Of a DNA stretch of 40,819 bases, positions 1 through 10,873 are shown in pieces; the stretch's first letter is position 1; every line of letters begins with the position of its first letter. The notes beneath the pieces were generated by a model. It was not told the origin of the DNA, made no database searches, and saw nothing but the letters and a program-made list of their open reading frames with translations. Source of the stretch: Octopus bimaculoides. Taxonomy: Eukaryota. The position numbers and the translations under genes are program-made. The stretch covers positions 29,895,138 to 29,935,956 of the forward strand of contig NC_068994.1 of the NCBI RefSeq assembly GCF_001194135.2, in the 5' to 3' direction.

Positions 1-173
1 ATGTTGTAATTAAGGTGTTTAAGTGGAGGGCATTTGTCTATACGTTTGGTAGGGCTAGCTGATTTAAACATTTAAACTAGTCGGTATACAGCACTTACTC
101 AGTATTACCTGTATCCTCCTGGGTTTGGTTAAATCCAATACCCTCCTCAACCTTATATATATATATATACCTA

Positions 174-350
174 CAAGGGGAGCTAAAGAAGGCCTAATCT
201 TCCGAGTTCTTTTATAGGGCTTAGAAAAACTGAAGGACCACTGCAATAAGTATGTGAATCTGAGAGGGAATATATTGAATAAAATCATTATTGACTTATC
301 TTCCTGTATTTTCTTTTACTCAAAGCCAGGAATTTTTCAGCACTCCCTCG
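174..350 (+). mobile_element. Short internally deleted mariner remnant
   Basis: 218-283 encodes GLEKLKDHCNKYVNLRG(E)YIE* with one frameshift, the typical mariner transposase C-terminus. The right end reads CGAGGGAGTGCTGAAAAATTCCTGGC on the minus strand, a mariner-type TIR. The left TIR after TA at 172-173 is degenerate and weak. Confidence 0.6.
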
Positions 351-1100
351 TGTGTGTATATCTCATCCTTCATGTCTTCTGAGATAACCTGATTAGCAGC
401 TTTACAATCTGTGGTTCCTGACGTGGCATATTAGGCTAATGTTTGCATAAAATTCACAGTCTCAGTGGGGCCATGTAATAGTAGAATTAGAACCCGGTGG
501 GACTCTAGCTTTCCCTGTTGCTCTCCTCTCTTTAGTTCTCTAATCAGTTTTGATTCCGAGTGCTTTATTCCAGAGTACTTGGCTATACGCAACAGTGAGC
601 TATCTCGAGCAAGATGCTCCCAAGAAGGCTGTTCTAAGTTATACTTTTACAGATATAAATATAAATACGATTGAAAACTGCATATGTTCTGAATAGGGTG
701 AAAAACTGAGAATAGCATAGAAATTAAAAGATATATATCCCTGCCGTAAGGCTTTACTTCCACACACACCAGCTTAATTTAATTCATTCCAAGTCGAAAG
801 ACACCTGTTGTTATGTCCTGGTATTTGCATTTGTATTTGTGTAACTTTTCTCGTTTTTTTTTTCCGTCCTTGTTTACGTATACATTAGCTCCTTTCTTCC
901 AAGGAATCTAATGCTCTTAGCTTAGTTTTTCCTTGGGGTTTGCCAGATTGGAGCAATCTCGAGTATAACCAGCCGAAATTGCAAAGACAATCTGGAACTC
1001 GACTGAGGAAAGAAAACTTCGAATGACCCGTCCTTGTTTTCTTTGTATCGTCTATCTGGATGTTTTGCGTTCTTGTCCCATTTTTGTATTTTATATTTTT

Positions 1101-1315
1101 TTTACTCTTTTACTCTTTTACTTGTTTCAGTCATTTGACAGTGGCCATGCTGGAGCACCGCCTTTATAGTCGAGGAAATCGACCCCAGAGCTTATTATTT
1201 GTAAGCCTAGTACTTATTCCTTGAGGGTCTTTTGCCAAACCGCTAGTTTACGGGGAGGTAAACACACCAGCATCGGTTGTCAAGCGATGCTGGGGTGACA
1301 AACACACACACACAA

Positions 1316-1346
<31 letters not shown>

Positions 1347-1508
1347 TATATACGACGGGCTTCTTCCGGTTCCCGTCAACCAAATCCACTCACAAGGCTT
1401 TGGTCGGCCCGAGACTATAGTAGAAGACACTTGCCCAAGGTGCCACGCAGTGGGACTGAACCCAGGACCATGTGGTTGGTAAGCAAGCTACTTACCACAC
1501 AACCGCTC
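1101..1508 (-). mobile_element. tRNA-derived SINE, family A (full length)
   Basis: The minus strand has a tRNA-like head with A-box-like and GGTTCAGTCCC B-box-like motifs, a central (GT)n tract and an (AAAAGAGT)n tail. It matches copies at 6886, 23895, 34362 and 37527. Confidence 0.85.
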
Positions 1509-2060
1509 ATATATATATAAATGAGAAAATGGAGATACATAAATTAATAAGTAGATTTATTAACTGCAAAAATAAACACGATCTCTAACATCTATTTAGA
1601 TTCATACTTTAGAAATTATAATTGTAATAATTAAATCATTTTATAAAGCAGAATCTCGTCAGAGGCAGAAAAAAAGATATAGTAATATATTATTAGCTGT
1701 TAAGTATATGGAACATTACAGCAAACTGAGTATTGTTAAATGGATAACCTTGCTATAAACCTTTTAAGGGGGACAAAAGGTGTATATTTAGTAGGAAAGT
1801 AAATATATATTAATATACTCTAGTTAATAGTTAGAAGACGTAGAGATATATAATAAATAGTAATTTACCATATATATATACGTATCATATTAAAATTGGG
1901 GTAAATATATTTATAGTTTATTATTATAGAGATTAGTAATAAGTAGAAGCTATTAATAGTCAAAATATTTATTCAATAGATTAAATATATATGATAAATA
2001 AATTCAAAAATCTATAAAGTAATTATATGCGGAAAAAATTATATAAATATGTAATTGTAT

Positions 2061-2798
2061 TCTCTTTTACTCTTTTACTCTTTTACTTGTTTCAGTCATT
2101 TGACTGCGGCCATGCTGGAGCACCGCCTTTAGTCGAATCAAATTGACCCCAGGACTTATTCTTTGTAAGCCTAGTACTTATTCTATCAGGTCACTTTTTG
2201 CCGAACCGCTAAGNNNNNNNNNNNNNNNNNNNNNNNNNNNNNNNNNNNNNNNNNNNNNNNNNNNNNNNNNNNNNNNNNNNNNNNNNNNNNNNNNNNNNNN
2301 NNNNNNNNNNNNNNNNNNNNNNNNNNNNNNNNNNNNNNNNNNNNNNNNNNNNNNNNNNNNNNNNNNNNNNNNNNNNNNNNNNNNNNNNNNNNNNNNNNNN
2401 NNNNNNNNNNNNNNNNNNNNNNNNNNNNNNNNNNNNNNNNNNNNNNNNNNNNNNNNNNNNNNNNNNNNNNNNNNNNNNNNNNNNNNNNNNNNNNNNNNNN
2501 NNNNNNNNNNNNNNNNNNNNNNNNNNNNNNNNNNNNNNNNNNNNNNNNNNNNNNNNNNNNNNNNNNNNNNNNNNNNNNNNNNNNNNNNNNNNNNNNNNNN
2601 NNNNNNNNNNNNNNNNNNNNNNNNNNNNNNNNNNNNNNNNNNNNNNNNNNNNNNNNNNNNNNNNNNNNNNNNNNNNNNNNNNNNNNNNNNNNNNNNNNNN
2701 NNNNNNNNAGCCACTCCTGCGCCTATAGCCACTCCTGCGCCTATAGCCACTCCTGCGCCTATAGCCACTCCTGCGCCTATAGCCACTCCTGCGCCTAT
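2061..2798 (-). mobile_element. SINE family A copy spanning an assembly gap
   Basis: 2061-2213 matches the 3' end of the 1101-1508 copy. After the gap, the 18-bp repeat equals the family 5' end. Confidence 0.7.
2709..2798. repeat. 18-bp minisatellite (AGCCACTCCTGCGCCTAT) x5
   Basis: Five perfect units, with the left side lost in the gap. Confidence 0.95.
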
Positions 2799-3255
2799 GA
2801 TTAATATATTAATATTTATATTCATACACGGAAGTACTTATGCTGAAAAAGAGTTCGATAAAACATGATAATAAATAATTGAGGATTATTAAAAAATGCA
2901 TTAATAAATAATACGTACTTATTTTGGTAAGAAATACGAAAACAAGCCTAAATATATTTTGTATTGATCAGTTAAGTTATAGAAATTCTATTGGTCATTT
3001 GTTTAAAAATAGCGTTTCTATACATTTATAAAGTCAGGTAATGGTAAAATAAATAAATAAATAAAATAAATGAATGAAATTAATATGTTATGTGTTCAAT
3101 AAGAGAACAAGGAGATGATTTCTTACATCAAAGGAAAAAGGTTGATAAATTTGTATTTAGGGGATACAACACTTATGTATATGAAAAAAACTATTGGCGA
3201 AGGGGAGGTAATTGTAGATAGTTATTTGAGCTTAGTAAAACATTGAATATATGTA

Positions 3256-3328
3256 CATACACACATACACACACACACGCACGCACACACATATACACAC
3301 ATACATACACACACATACGCGCACGCAC

Positions 3329-3374
<46 letters not shown>

Positions 3375-3390
3375 TATATATATATATATA
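3256..3390. repeat. (CA)n/(TA)n compound microsatellite
   Basis: Seen directly. Confidence 0.95.
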
Positions 3391-4930
3391 AGCAATGTTA
3401 ATTCTCTAAATGAAGTATTAACAGTAACTGCACGATAAAGTGTAGTATATTGCCACTTAAGTGTGGCTGACCCCTAGGGGTGGATGTTACTGTTGCTTTT
3501 AGCCCCAGGAGGACATCTCCTCCNNNNNNNNNNNNNNNNNNNNNNNNNNNNNNNNNNNNNNNNNNNNNNNNNNNNNNNNNNNNNNNNNNNNNNNNNNNNN
3601 NNNNNNNNNNNNNNNNNNNNNNNNNNNNNNNNNNNNNNNNNNNNNNNNNNNNNNNNNNNNNNNNNNNNNNNNNNNNNNNNNNNNNNNNNNNNNNNNNNNN
3701 NNNNNNNNNNNNNNNNNNNNNNNNNNNNNNNNNNNNNNNNNNNNNNNNNNNNNNNNNNNNNNNNNNNNNNNNNNNNNNNNNNNNNNNNNNNNNNNNNNNN
3801 NNNNNNNNNNNNNNNNNNNNNNNNNNNNNNNNNNNNNNNNNNNNNNNNNNNNNNNNNNNNNNNNNNNNNNNNNNNNNNNNNNNNNNNNNNNNNNNNNNNN
3901 NNNNNNNNNNNNNNNNNNNNNNNNNNNNNNNNNNNNNNNNNNNNNNNNNNNNNNNNNNNNNNNNNNNNNNNNNNNNNNNNNNNNNNNNNNNNNNNNNNNN
4001 NNNNNNNNNNNNNNNNNNNNNNNNNNNNNNNNNNNNNNNNNNNNNNNNNNNNNNNNNNNNNNNNNNNNNNNNNNNNNNNNNNNNNNNNNNNNNNNNNNNN
4101 NNNNNNNNNNNNNNNNNNNNNNNNNNNNNNNNNNNNNNNNNNNNNNNNNNNNNNNNNNNNNNNNNNNNNNNNNNNNNNNNNNNNNNNNNNNNNNNNNNNN
4201 NNNNNNNNNNNNNNNNNNNNNNNNNNNNNNNNNNNNNNNNNNNNNNNNNNNNNNNNNNNNNNNNNNNNNNNNNNNNNNNNNNNNNNNNNNNNNNNNNNNN
4301 NNNNNNNNNNNNNNNNNNNNNNNNNNNNNNNNNNNNNNNNNNNNNNNNNNNNNNNNNNNNTCATAGATTGTTTTTTATAAAAAATATGAACTTTAAAAGG
4401 ATTAGAAAAATGAATATATCTATATATATATTGGGTTAAGTAAAGATAGGTAAAGAATAGCAAGGTAATGTAATAAGCTGTAGTGGTGGTGGTGGGGAGA
4501 CAGTATATACTAATAGTATATTTAAGGAGAGGGAGGGATGGGTGTATGCAATTAGTATTAATTAAGAAAGGGGATGCAAATGGGTATTAGTAATCAAAAT
4601 TAGTGACTACTACTTTTAAAATTGGGTAAAAATTGTATTAGAAGAAAAATAAGAAAAGTATAGAGAATATAGAATTCGAGGTGTGATGTTTCAATTTGAG
4701 TAAATAAAGTGTTTTTCCAATGTCAATTAATAGAGAGGGTATTTTTTAAAAAACAAATATAAAGCTATAGCTATGATATCGAAGTATAAAATTATTAATA
4801 TACTAAGTGGGCGCTGTTAATAAATAGTCTAATTCCTCAACAATGTATTAAATAAAAGTAATGGCAAGGGTTATGGGTTAAAGTATACAATTATGGAGGT
4901 GAGAGAGCTAATTGGTTTATTATTGGAAAT

Positions 4931-5292
4931 TTACTTATATTTGGAAAATACATATTTTCTCATGTGTAAACAAGATTTATTTCTTTCGTCTCTAATGTTA
5001 AGTAGGAAGTATTTAGCCGAGAGAATAAATTTCTTTTTCGCTTAAACAAAGAAAACATTCTTCATTATTAATTTTATAAGAAGGCACTGAAGCTATTATA
5101 TCCCATTCAATTTTTAAATTGATATTATTATCCTTAAGCTCCCAGATAAATTTACTTAGTCCTGTCGAGTTTCATTTATGTTTATTTCTAAATGTGTATA
5201 GGTGGGTAGAAATACGTTTTTTTTAATTTCATTTTCGGTAGTCCCAATGTAATGATATTTATTTTCTAGTGTTTTAACTGGACATTGATATA
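4931..5292 (-). pseudogene. Penelope-like retroelement GIY-YIG endonuclease remnant (3' piece)
   Basis: Manual translation across frameshifts gives IYQCPVKTLENKYHYIGTTENEIK / KRISTHLYTFRNKHK*NSTGLSKFIWELKDNNINLKIEWDII / ECFLCLSEKEI / FLLNIRDERNKSCLHMRKYVFSKYK*. This is the PLE GIY-YIG pattern, including the C-terminal LLN-R-E...C-H motif. Confidence 0.85.
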
Positions 5293-6526
5293 TCAGGTTA
5301 TCCCATAAGTTCTGTCCGAATTTTGAATAAAGAGAACAAGTGATCAAATGTTATATTTAATTGAAATTTAATCATCAATGTACTTTCCCTGATTATCTAT
5401 GACTTCCTTCCATCTACTTACAAGTTTTTAACCCCATCAATGTAAAACTATTTTGGTTTCAAAGCGAAGAACTCTGAAATGTCAGTTTCGACCTCCTCCT
5501 GGCTTGCGAAAGTTATGTCCCCCAAATGATTCTGTAAACTACGAAACAAATGGTAGTCTGAAGGAGCAAGGTCGGGAGAATAAGGTGGATGAGGAATTTT
5601 TTCCCAACCAAGCTTTTCGATCTTCTGTGATGTGATCTTTGCAGTGTGGGGTCATGCATTGTCCTGATGAAACATCACTCCTTTTCGATTCACTAAAGCG
5701 GGTCTTTTTTTCTTCAAAGCTTGGTTCAAACGCTCTAACTGCTGACAGTAGACTTGAGCATTGATTGTTGCATTAGATAGTAACAATTCAAATTGAATTA
5801 CTCCTTTGCAATCCCATCAGATAGAGAGAAGAACCTTTTCCCCCATGAAGTTCCCTTCTTGGTTGTGGTTGAGTTTTTTTCCCTTTTACCAAGCCACTGT
5901 TTACGACATTTAACATTTCGATAGAAGATCCAGTTTTCGTCACCAGTCACAAGTCTATCCAAAAAGAGTGAAATGAGTTCGCGAGAATGGAGAGAAGAGC
6001 AGATGTCAACTCGGGATTTGCGGTTGCTTTCGGAAAATTCATGAGGCACCCATTTTCCAAATTTAGGAACCTTTCCAAGTTGTTGAAGATGACGATGAAC
6101 AGTTGTTTGAACTAAGCTTTATTGCCAATTCTTCAACTGATAATGCACGTCCTGTTCGATCTTCATCTTCAAGGCTGAAACCTCCACTTCTGGAGTTCTT
6201 TCAAACCATCTTCTGCAAGTTCTTTCATTCAAGCAGTCTTTCCCATAAACTGAGTGTATGTTTCGAGTCGCTTCGGCTGCAGAGTTTCATTCTTCGTACT
6301 CATAAAGCATTATTTGCCTTAAATGCTCTTTGAATACTTCCAAGTTAGAAAGGTTTTAACCAAAGAAATTTTAATTCTATTATTCTGTAAAATAATATTT
6401 AATTAGTTTAAATGTACACAAATGCATAAAAATAATTTTTAATTCCATTAGACATTCTAAAATACGAATAAATTTCATTCAATTTTAAAAAAGGTAAAAT
6501 CGGACAGAACTTATAGGATGACCTGA
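5293..6526 (-). mobile_element. Mariner DNA transposon (1234 bp) with decayed transposase
   Basis: TIRs TCAGGTTATCCCATAAGTTCTGTCCG and TCAGGTCATCCTATAAGTTCTGTCCG, with TA at 5291-5292 and 6527-6528. Transposase motifs include PHEFSESNRKSRVDICSSL and FLDRLVTGDENWIFY; there are frameshifts and stops. Confidence 0.95.
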
Positions 6527-6885
6527 TATTACGCTTTTTATTTTGCATGCGTTCTTAAATAAACAATTATTTCCAATCCTGAAGTTACAATTATTATAAG
6601 TATTATTATTTATACGTGTATTTAATGAGGGAGTGTTATTTATTATTATAGTGTTATTTCTTAGGGTTCTGTTATCAGGAGATGTATTAGTATAATTAAC
6701 AGGGTTATTCGAATTAATAGAATGTGTGTTGAGTTCAGGGAAGTTAGAGTAGTTGTTATTATAGATGTTTCTATTCAAGTAGAATTTGTCTAGTTTCTTA
6801 TTGTTTATGGAAGATATAATAGTAGAGAAGTTGTGGGTTAAACTATATCCAACATTAATAGTTTTATTATTAATTATTTCATAAT
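6527..6885 (-). pseudogene. Penelope-like element RT-to-endonuclease linker (5' piece)
   Basis: YEIINNKTINVGYSLTHNFSTIISSINNKKL ... CNFRIGNNCLFKNACKIKSVI resembles the PLE segment FNRNTVKVSYSC...IISSHNKK ... CNCR..CP...C...VIY. It joins 4931-5292 in frame once the mariner is removed. Confidence 0.8.
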
Positions 6886-7800
6886 GGAGTGGCTGTGTGG
6901 TAAGTAGCTTGCTTACCAACCACATGGTTCCGGGTTCAGTCCCACTGCGTGGCACCTTGGGCAAGTGTCTTTTACTATTGCCTCGGCCAGCCAAAGCCTT
7001 GTGAGTGGATTTGGTAGACGGAAACTGGAAGAAGCTCGTCGTATATATATATATATATATANNNNNNNNNNNNNNNNNNNNNNNNNNNNNNNNNNNNNNN
7101 NNNNNNNNNNNNNNNNNNNNNNNNNNNNNNNNNNNNNNNNNNNNNNNNNNNNNNNNNNNNNNNNNNNNNNNNNNNNNNNNNNNNNNNNNNNNNNNNNNNN
7201 NNNNNNNNNNNNNNNNNNNNNNNNNNNNNNNNNNNNNNNNNNNNNNNNNNNNNNNNNNNNNNNNNNNNNNNNNNNNNNNNNNNNNNNNNNNNNNNNNNNN
7301 NNNNNNNNNNNNNNNNNNNNNNNNNNNNNNNNNNNNNNNNNNNNNNNNNNNNNNNNNNNNNNNNNNNNNNNNNNNNNNNNNNNNNNNNNNNNNNNNNNNN
7401 NNNNNNNNNNNNNNNNNNNNNNNNNNNNNNNNNNNNNNNNNNNNNNNNNNNNNNNNNNNNNNNNNNNNNNNNNNNNNNNNNNNNNNNNNNNNNNNNNNNN
7501 NNNNNNNNNNNNNNNNNNNNNNNNNNNNNNNNNNNNNNNNNNNNNNNNNNNNNNNNNNNNNNNNNNNNNNNNNNNNNNNNNNNNNNNNNNNNNNNNNNNN
7601 NNNNNNNNNNNNNNNNNNNNNNNNNNNNNNNNNNNNNNNNNNNNNNNNNNNNNNNNNNNNNNNNNNNNNNNNNNNNNNNNNNNNNNNNNNNNNNNNNNNN
7701 NNNNNNNNNNNNNNNNNNNNNNNNNNNNNNNNNNNNNNNNNNNNNNNNNNNNNNNNNNNNNNNNNNNNNNNNNNNNNNNNNNNNNNNNNNNNNNNNNNNN

Positions 7801-7839
<39 letters not shown>

Positions 7840-8057
7840 GTATATACGTATCTGTGTGTGTCTTTGTATTTGTCCACCGCCACCCGCTTGATAACCGGTG
7901 TTGGTTTGTTTAAGTTCCCATAATTTAGTGGTTCACCAAAAGAGAACGATAGGATACGTATCAAACTTTAAAAAAATATTTACTGGGGTTGATTCTTTCG
8001 ACTAAAACCTCCTAAAAGCGGCGTCCTAGCATGGCTGCAGCTCATTGAAACAAAAAA
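6886..8057 (+). mobile_element. SINE family A spanning an assembly gap
   Basis: Head GGAGTGGCTGTGTGGTAAGTAGCTTGC...GGTTCAGTCCC at 6886, (TA)n flanking the gap, and a 3' region ending AGCATGGCTGCAG...GAAACAAAAAA. Confidence 0.85.
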
Positions 8058-8642
8058 TTGGTAATTTAAGGGGATAAGGAAAATTTTCGTTATTGTATTG
8101 GGACTAGTATCTTGAAAGATAATGTTGATTTGTTTAAATCTTAGTAATAACGTGTATTAACAACATAAAAATTTAGTCGTATGTCATGCGATTTTGGCTA
8201 TTAATAGGTGTAGTCTAATTGTAATGTTAGAAGAGTATGGTAGCTTGTGAAATATGCGACAGAGTAATATAGAAGGCAAATTACATTAAATGTAAATATA
8301 ACAGATATCGAAAGTTTACCCGAAAAATATTTAACGAGTCCTAATCTTTCGAGTTAAAACTCCTTTTCAAAAGTTCTGAAGAAATATAGTCATAAATTAC
8401 CCGTCCATTCTCTTCGTCTAACAACCACTTTTTAAGAAAAGGAAGCCAAAGGCATATAAAGGGAACAATATATGGGTTTTAGATTGTAATTGTAGTCTCT
8501 GTGTATTGAGGATCTAATGAGTAGAGCCTTAGGTAAATGTTGGATTTGTGGTATGAAGATATATATATATTTTTGATATTTTTGTAGATATGCTTTTGTA
8601 GAGATGGTTGCTGTGATTTTATTATAAGCATCCACCTAGGTG

Positions 8643-9050
8643 CAGGTGCAGGCTTGACAGTGTAGTTAAAAATTTCGCTTTGTAACTACGTGGTTTCGGG
8701 TTCAGTCCTACTGCGTGGTACCTTGTCAAGTATCTTCTACAAGTGTTCAATTAATATTTACTTAAACAAAGATTATTAAAATAACCGACCATTGCTTTAT
8801 GAGTAAATGTAGAGCACGGAAATTGTGTGGAAGCCCGTCATACATGCACATACACACACACACGCACCCACACATACACACTCACATACACAGATAAAAG
8901 CGTGTGTGAGTGTGTGCGCGTGTGTATTAGTGTATTTATGTGAATGTCTCCCACTGCTTGGCAACAGATGTTGGTTTGTTTACGTACCCGTAACTTAGCG
9001 GCTCGGCATGGCCGCAGTCTAATAACTGAAACAAGTAAAAGGTAAAAGAT
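8643..9050 (+). mobile_element. Degraded SINE family A
   Basis: Head GGTTCAGTCCTACTGCGTGGTACCTTG and tail GCATGGCCGCAGTCTAATAACTGAAACAAGTAAAAG, with internal deletions. Confidence 0.65.
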
Positions 9051-9059
9051 GAAAGATAA

Positions 9060-9285
9060 CCAACGCCGGTTGTCAAGCGGTGAAGGGATAAACACAAATA
9101 CAAACAAACGCGCGCGCGCATTTACATCGAGCTTTCGCATATTTTTCGTTTACTCAATTCACTGACAAGACATGGGTTGGTCCGGAACTATCGTAGAAAA
9201 TACCAACACCAAGATGTCACACAATGGGACTAAATTGGAAAGCCATGAGGCTGCAAAGTGTGCTTTTAAACCACACAACCATATC
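9060..9285 (-). mobile_element. Degraded SINE family A fragment
   Basis: CCGGTTGTCAAGCG and decayed head motifs in the same order as the 1101-1508 copy. Confidence 0.5.
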
Positions 9286-9738
9286 TAAATAAATTCTTTC
9301 TCTACAAACAATTTTTTAAATTTTATTCAATATTTTATTAAAATTTGGGCTGCTGGAATTTGTCTGTAAAATACAGGGCTGAGTTCTGTAAGATTTGGAA
9401 AATCATAGAATGAATTCTTATGTACAAAGCTATGTTGGAAATGAGTTCTGCTGTACAAAAATATGTTTGGAAATTGCTGGTTTAAGTTGGAAATACAACC
9501 ACAAAAGATAATAAGCGTGGGAAAATGCTGTGTATATGCGTATATGTAGTAGCGGTGGTGCTAATAGTGCTAGTAGTACTAGTAGAAGAAAAAGTAGAAG
9601 CAGAGACGGCTGCGGTGGCGGTGGTGATGGTGGTGGTACTTGCTGTGGCAGCTGTAGTAATTTCTCACGTTTTCATTTTTTTTACTATTCTTTTCTATTC
9701 TTTTATTTATTTATTTATTTTTCTTTTCTCGTTTCCAG

Positions 9739-9983
9739 CCACCTTGAAACCAAACATCACCGATGAACAACTGGATAATAAGCTTCGTGAGATCATCTCG
9801 GAGTTGACTATACCACGACGCAACACGTCCAAGTACATCCGTTCCAAAAAAAGTATGGCTGACGAACGTGTTTCATCAAAGGTGATCGGTGGCTTCACGG
9901 CCATTGTCGTGGTTGCACCCTTTGTTCTTATTGTCGTGGTTGACTTACTGCCGCTTCTCAAATGGCTCTATTCATACATCTAA
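9739..9983 (+). CDS. Terminal coding exon of an uncharacterised membrane protein (C-terminal TM helix)
   Basis: Pyrimidine tract plus CAG acceptor (AG at 9737-9738, phase 1). The open frame xTLKPNITDEQLDNKLREIISELTIPRRNTSKYIRSKKSMADERVSSKVIGGFTAIVVVAPFVLIVVVDLLPLLKWLYSYI* has a hydrophobic run of about 22 aa and balanced composition, unlike the flanks. Confidence 0.7.
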
Positions 9984-10023
9984 AATTCTACACACGAACA
10001 GTGGGCTGATAAATAACAACGAG

Positions 10024-10024
10024 A

Positions 10025-10062
<38 letters not shown>

Positions 10063-10431
10063 CACTACTACTACTACCACTACCACTACCCATCACCACG
10101 ACGACGTCGACAACAACTACTACAACTAACANNNNNNNNNNNNNNNNNNNNNNNNNNNNNNNNNNNNNNNNNNNNNNNNNNNNNNNNNNNNNNNNNNNNN
10201 NNNNNNNNNNNNNNNNNNNNNNNNNNNNNNNNNNNNNNNNNNNNNNNNNNNNNNNNNNNNNNNNNNNNNNNNNNNNNNNNNNNNNNNNNNNNNNNNNNNN
10301 NNNNNNNNNNNNNNNNNNNNNNNNNNNNNNNNNNNNNNNNNNNNNNNNNNNNNNNNNNNNNNNNNNNNNNNNNNNNNNNNNNNNNNNNNNNNNNNNNNNN
10401 CCACCACCACCACCACCGCCGCCACCGCCGC
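10024..10431. repeat. (ACT)n/(ACC)n compound trinucleotide microsatellite, gap inside
   Basis: Seen directly. A degenerate (GTA)/(GGT) tract also lies at about 9545-9660. Confidence 0.9.
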
Positions 10432-10572
10432 TACACCAAATACATGCGCGTACGTAACGCACACACACAAGATATATGAGGATACGAGCATGTATGTGTG
10501 TGTGTGTGTGTGTGTATCGTCCATAAACATAAATCCGAAAAAAGGAGCACACTCTAAGTTATAGAGCAGTAT

Positions 10573-10854
10573 ATATTAGAATTAGATAAGGTCGGTTTAT
10601 GGGATTACCTTAGGGTTCACATCCATAAAGGGCTTAGTTTTATGGCGTATCATTAGATCCCAAAACCTGTTGGCTAAAGGCCTCTTTAGCGAGTGACCAC
10701 TCGCTAGAGAGGCATCTCTCTAACAAGTGGCCACTCACTAGAGAGGCCTTTAGCCAACAGGTTTTGGGATCTAATGATACGCCATAAAACTAAGCCCTTT
10801 ATGGATGTGAACCCTAAGGTAGTCATATAAACCAGCTTTATCTAACTTTAATAT
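10573..10854. repeat. 282-bp near-perfect palindrome (foldback)
   Basis: 10606-10685 is the exact reverse complement of 10742-10821 (80 bp). Pairing continues with mismatches inward to 10711/10716 and outward to 10573/10854. Confidence 0.95.
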
Positions 10855-10873
10855 GCATACATACATACATACA

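Noticed and set aside
1003-1032. Hammerhead-like string CTGAGGA-AAG-AAAA-CTT-CGAA...GTC
   Set aside because: There is an extra C before GAA, GAAT instead of GAAA, and no complementary helix I.
1510-2060. AT-rich stretches (also 2800-3240 and 8060-8640) as further Penelope RT remnants
   Set aside because: Only short suggestive peptides (for example KRFIARLS, ENFP) that cannot be told from chance without an HMM search.
2709-2798. CRISPR array or tRNA genes anywhere in the window
   Set aside because: The repeats have no spacers and the context is eukaryotic. All tRNA-like sequences are SINE heads with no complete cloverleaf or acceptor stem.
3446-3523. GC-richer segment starting CACTTAAGTGTGGCTGACCCCTAGGGG before the gap
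   Set aside because: Probably the end of a repeat, but too short to classify.
2143-7964. Long ORFs in the track made mostly of X (also 9889-10552, 15465-16080, 24226-25158, 30917-31701)
   Set aside because: These are artefacts of N-gaps and microsatellites. The ATPAPI/GAGVAI peptide is the translated 18-bp repeat.
9525-9738. N-terminal part of the 152-aa ORF
   Set aside because: It translates GTA/GGT microsatellite and a T-rich intron end. Only 9739-9983 looks coding.
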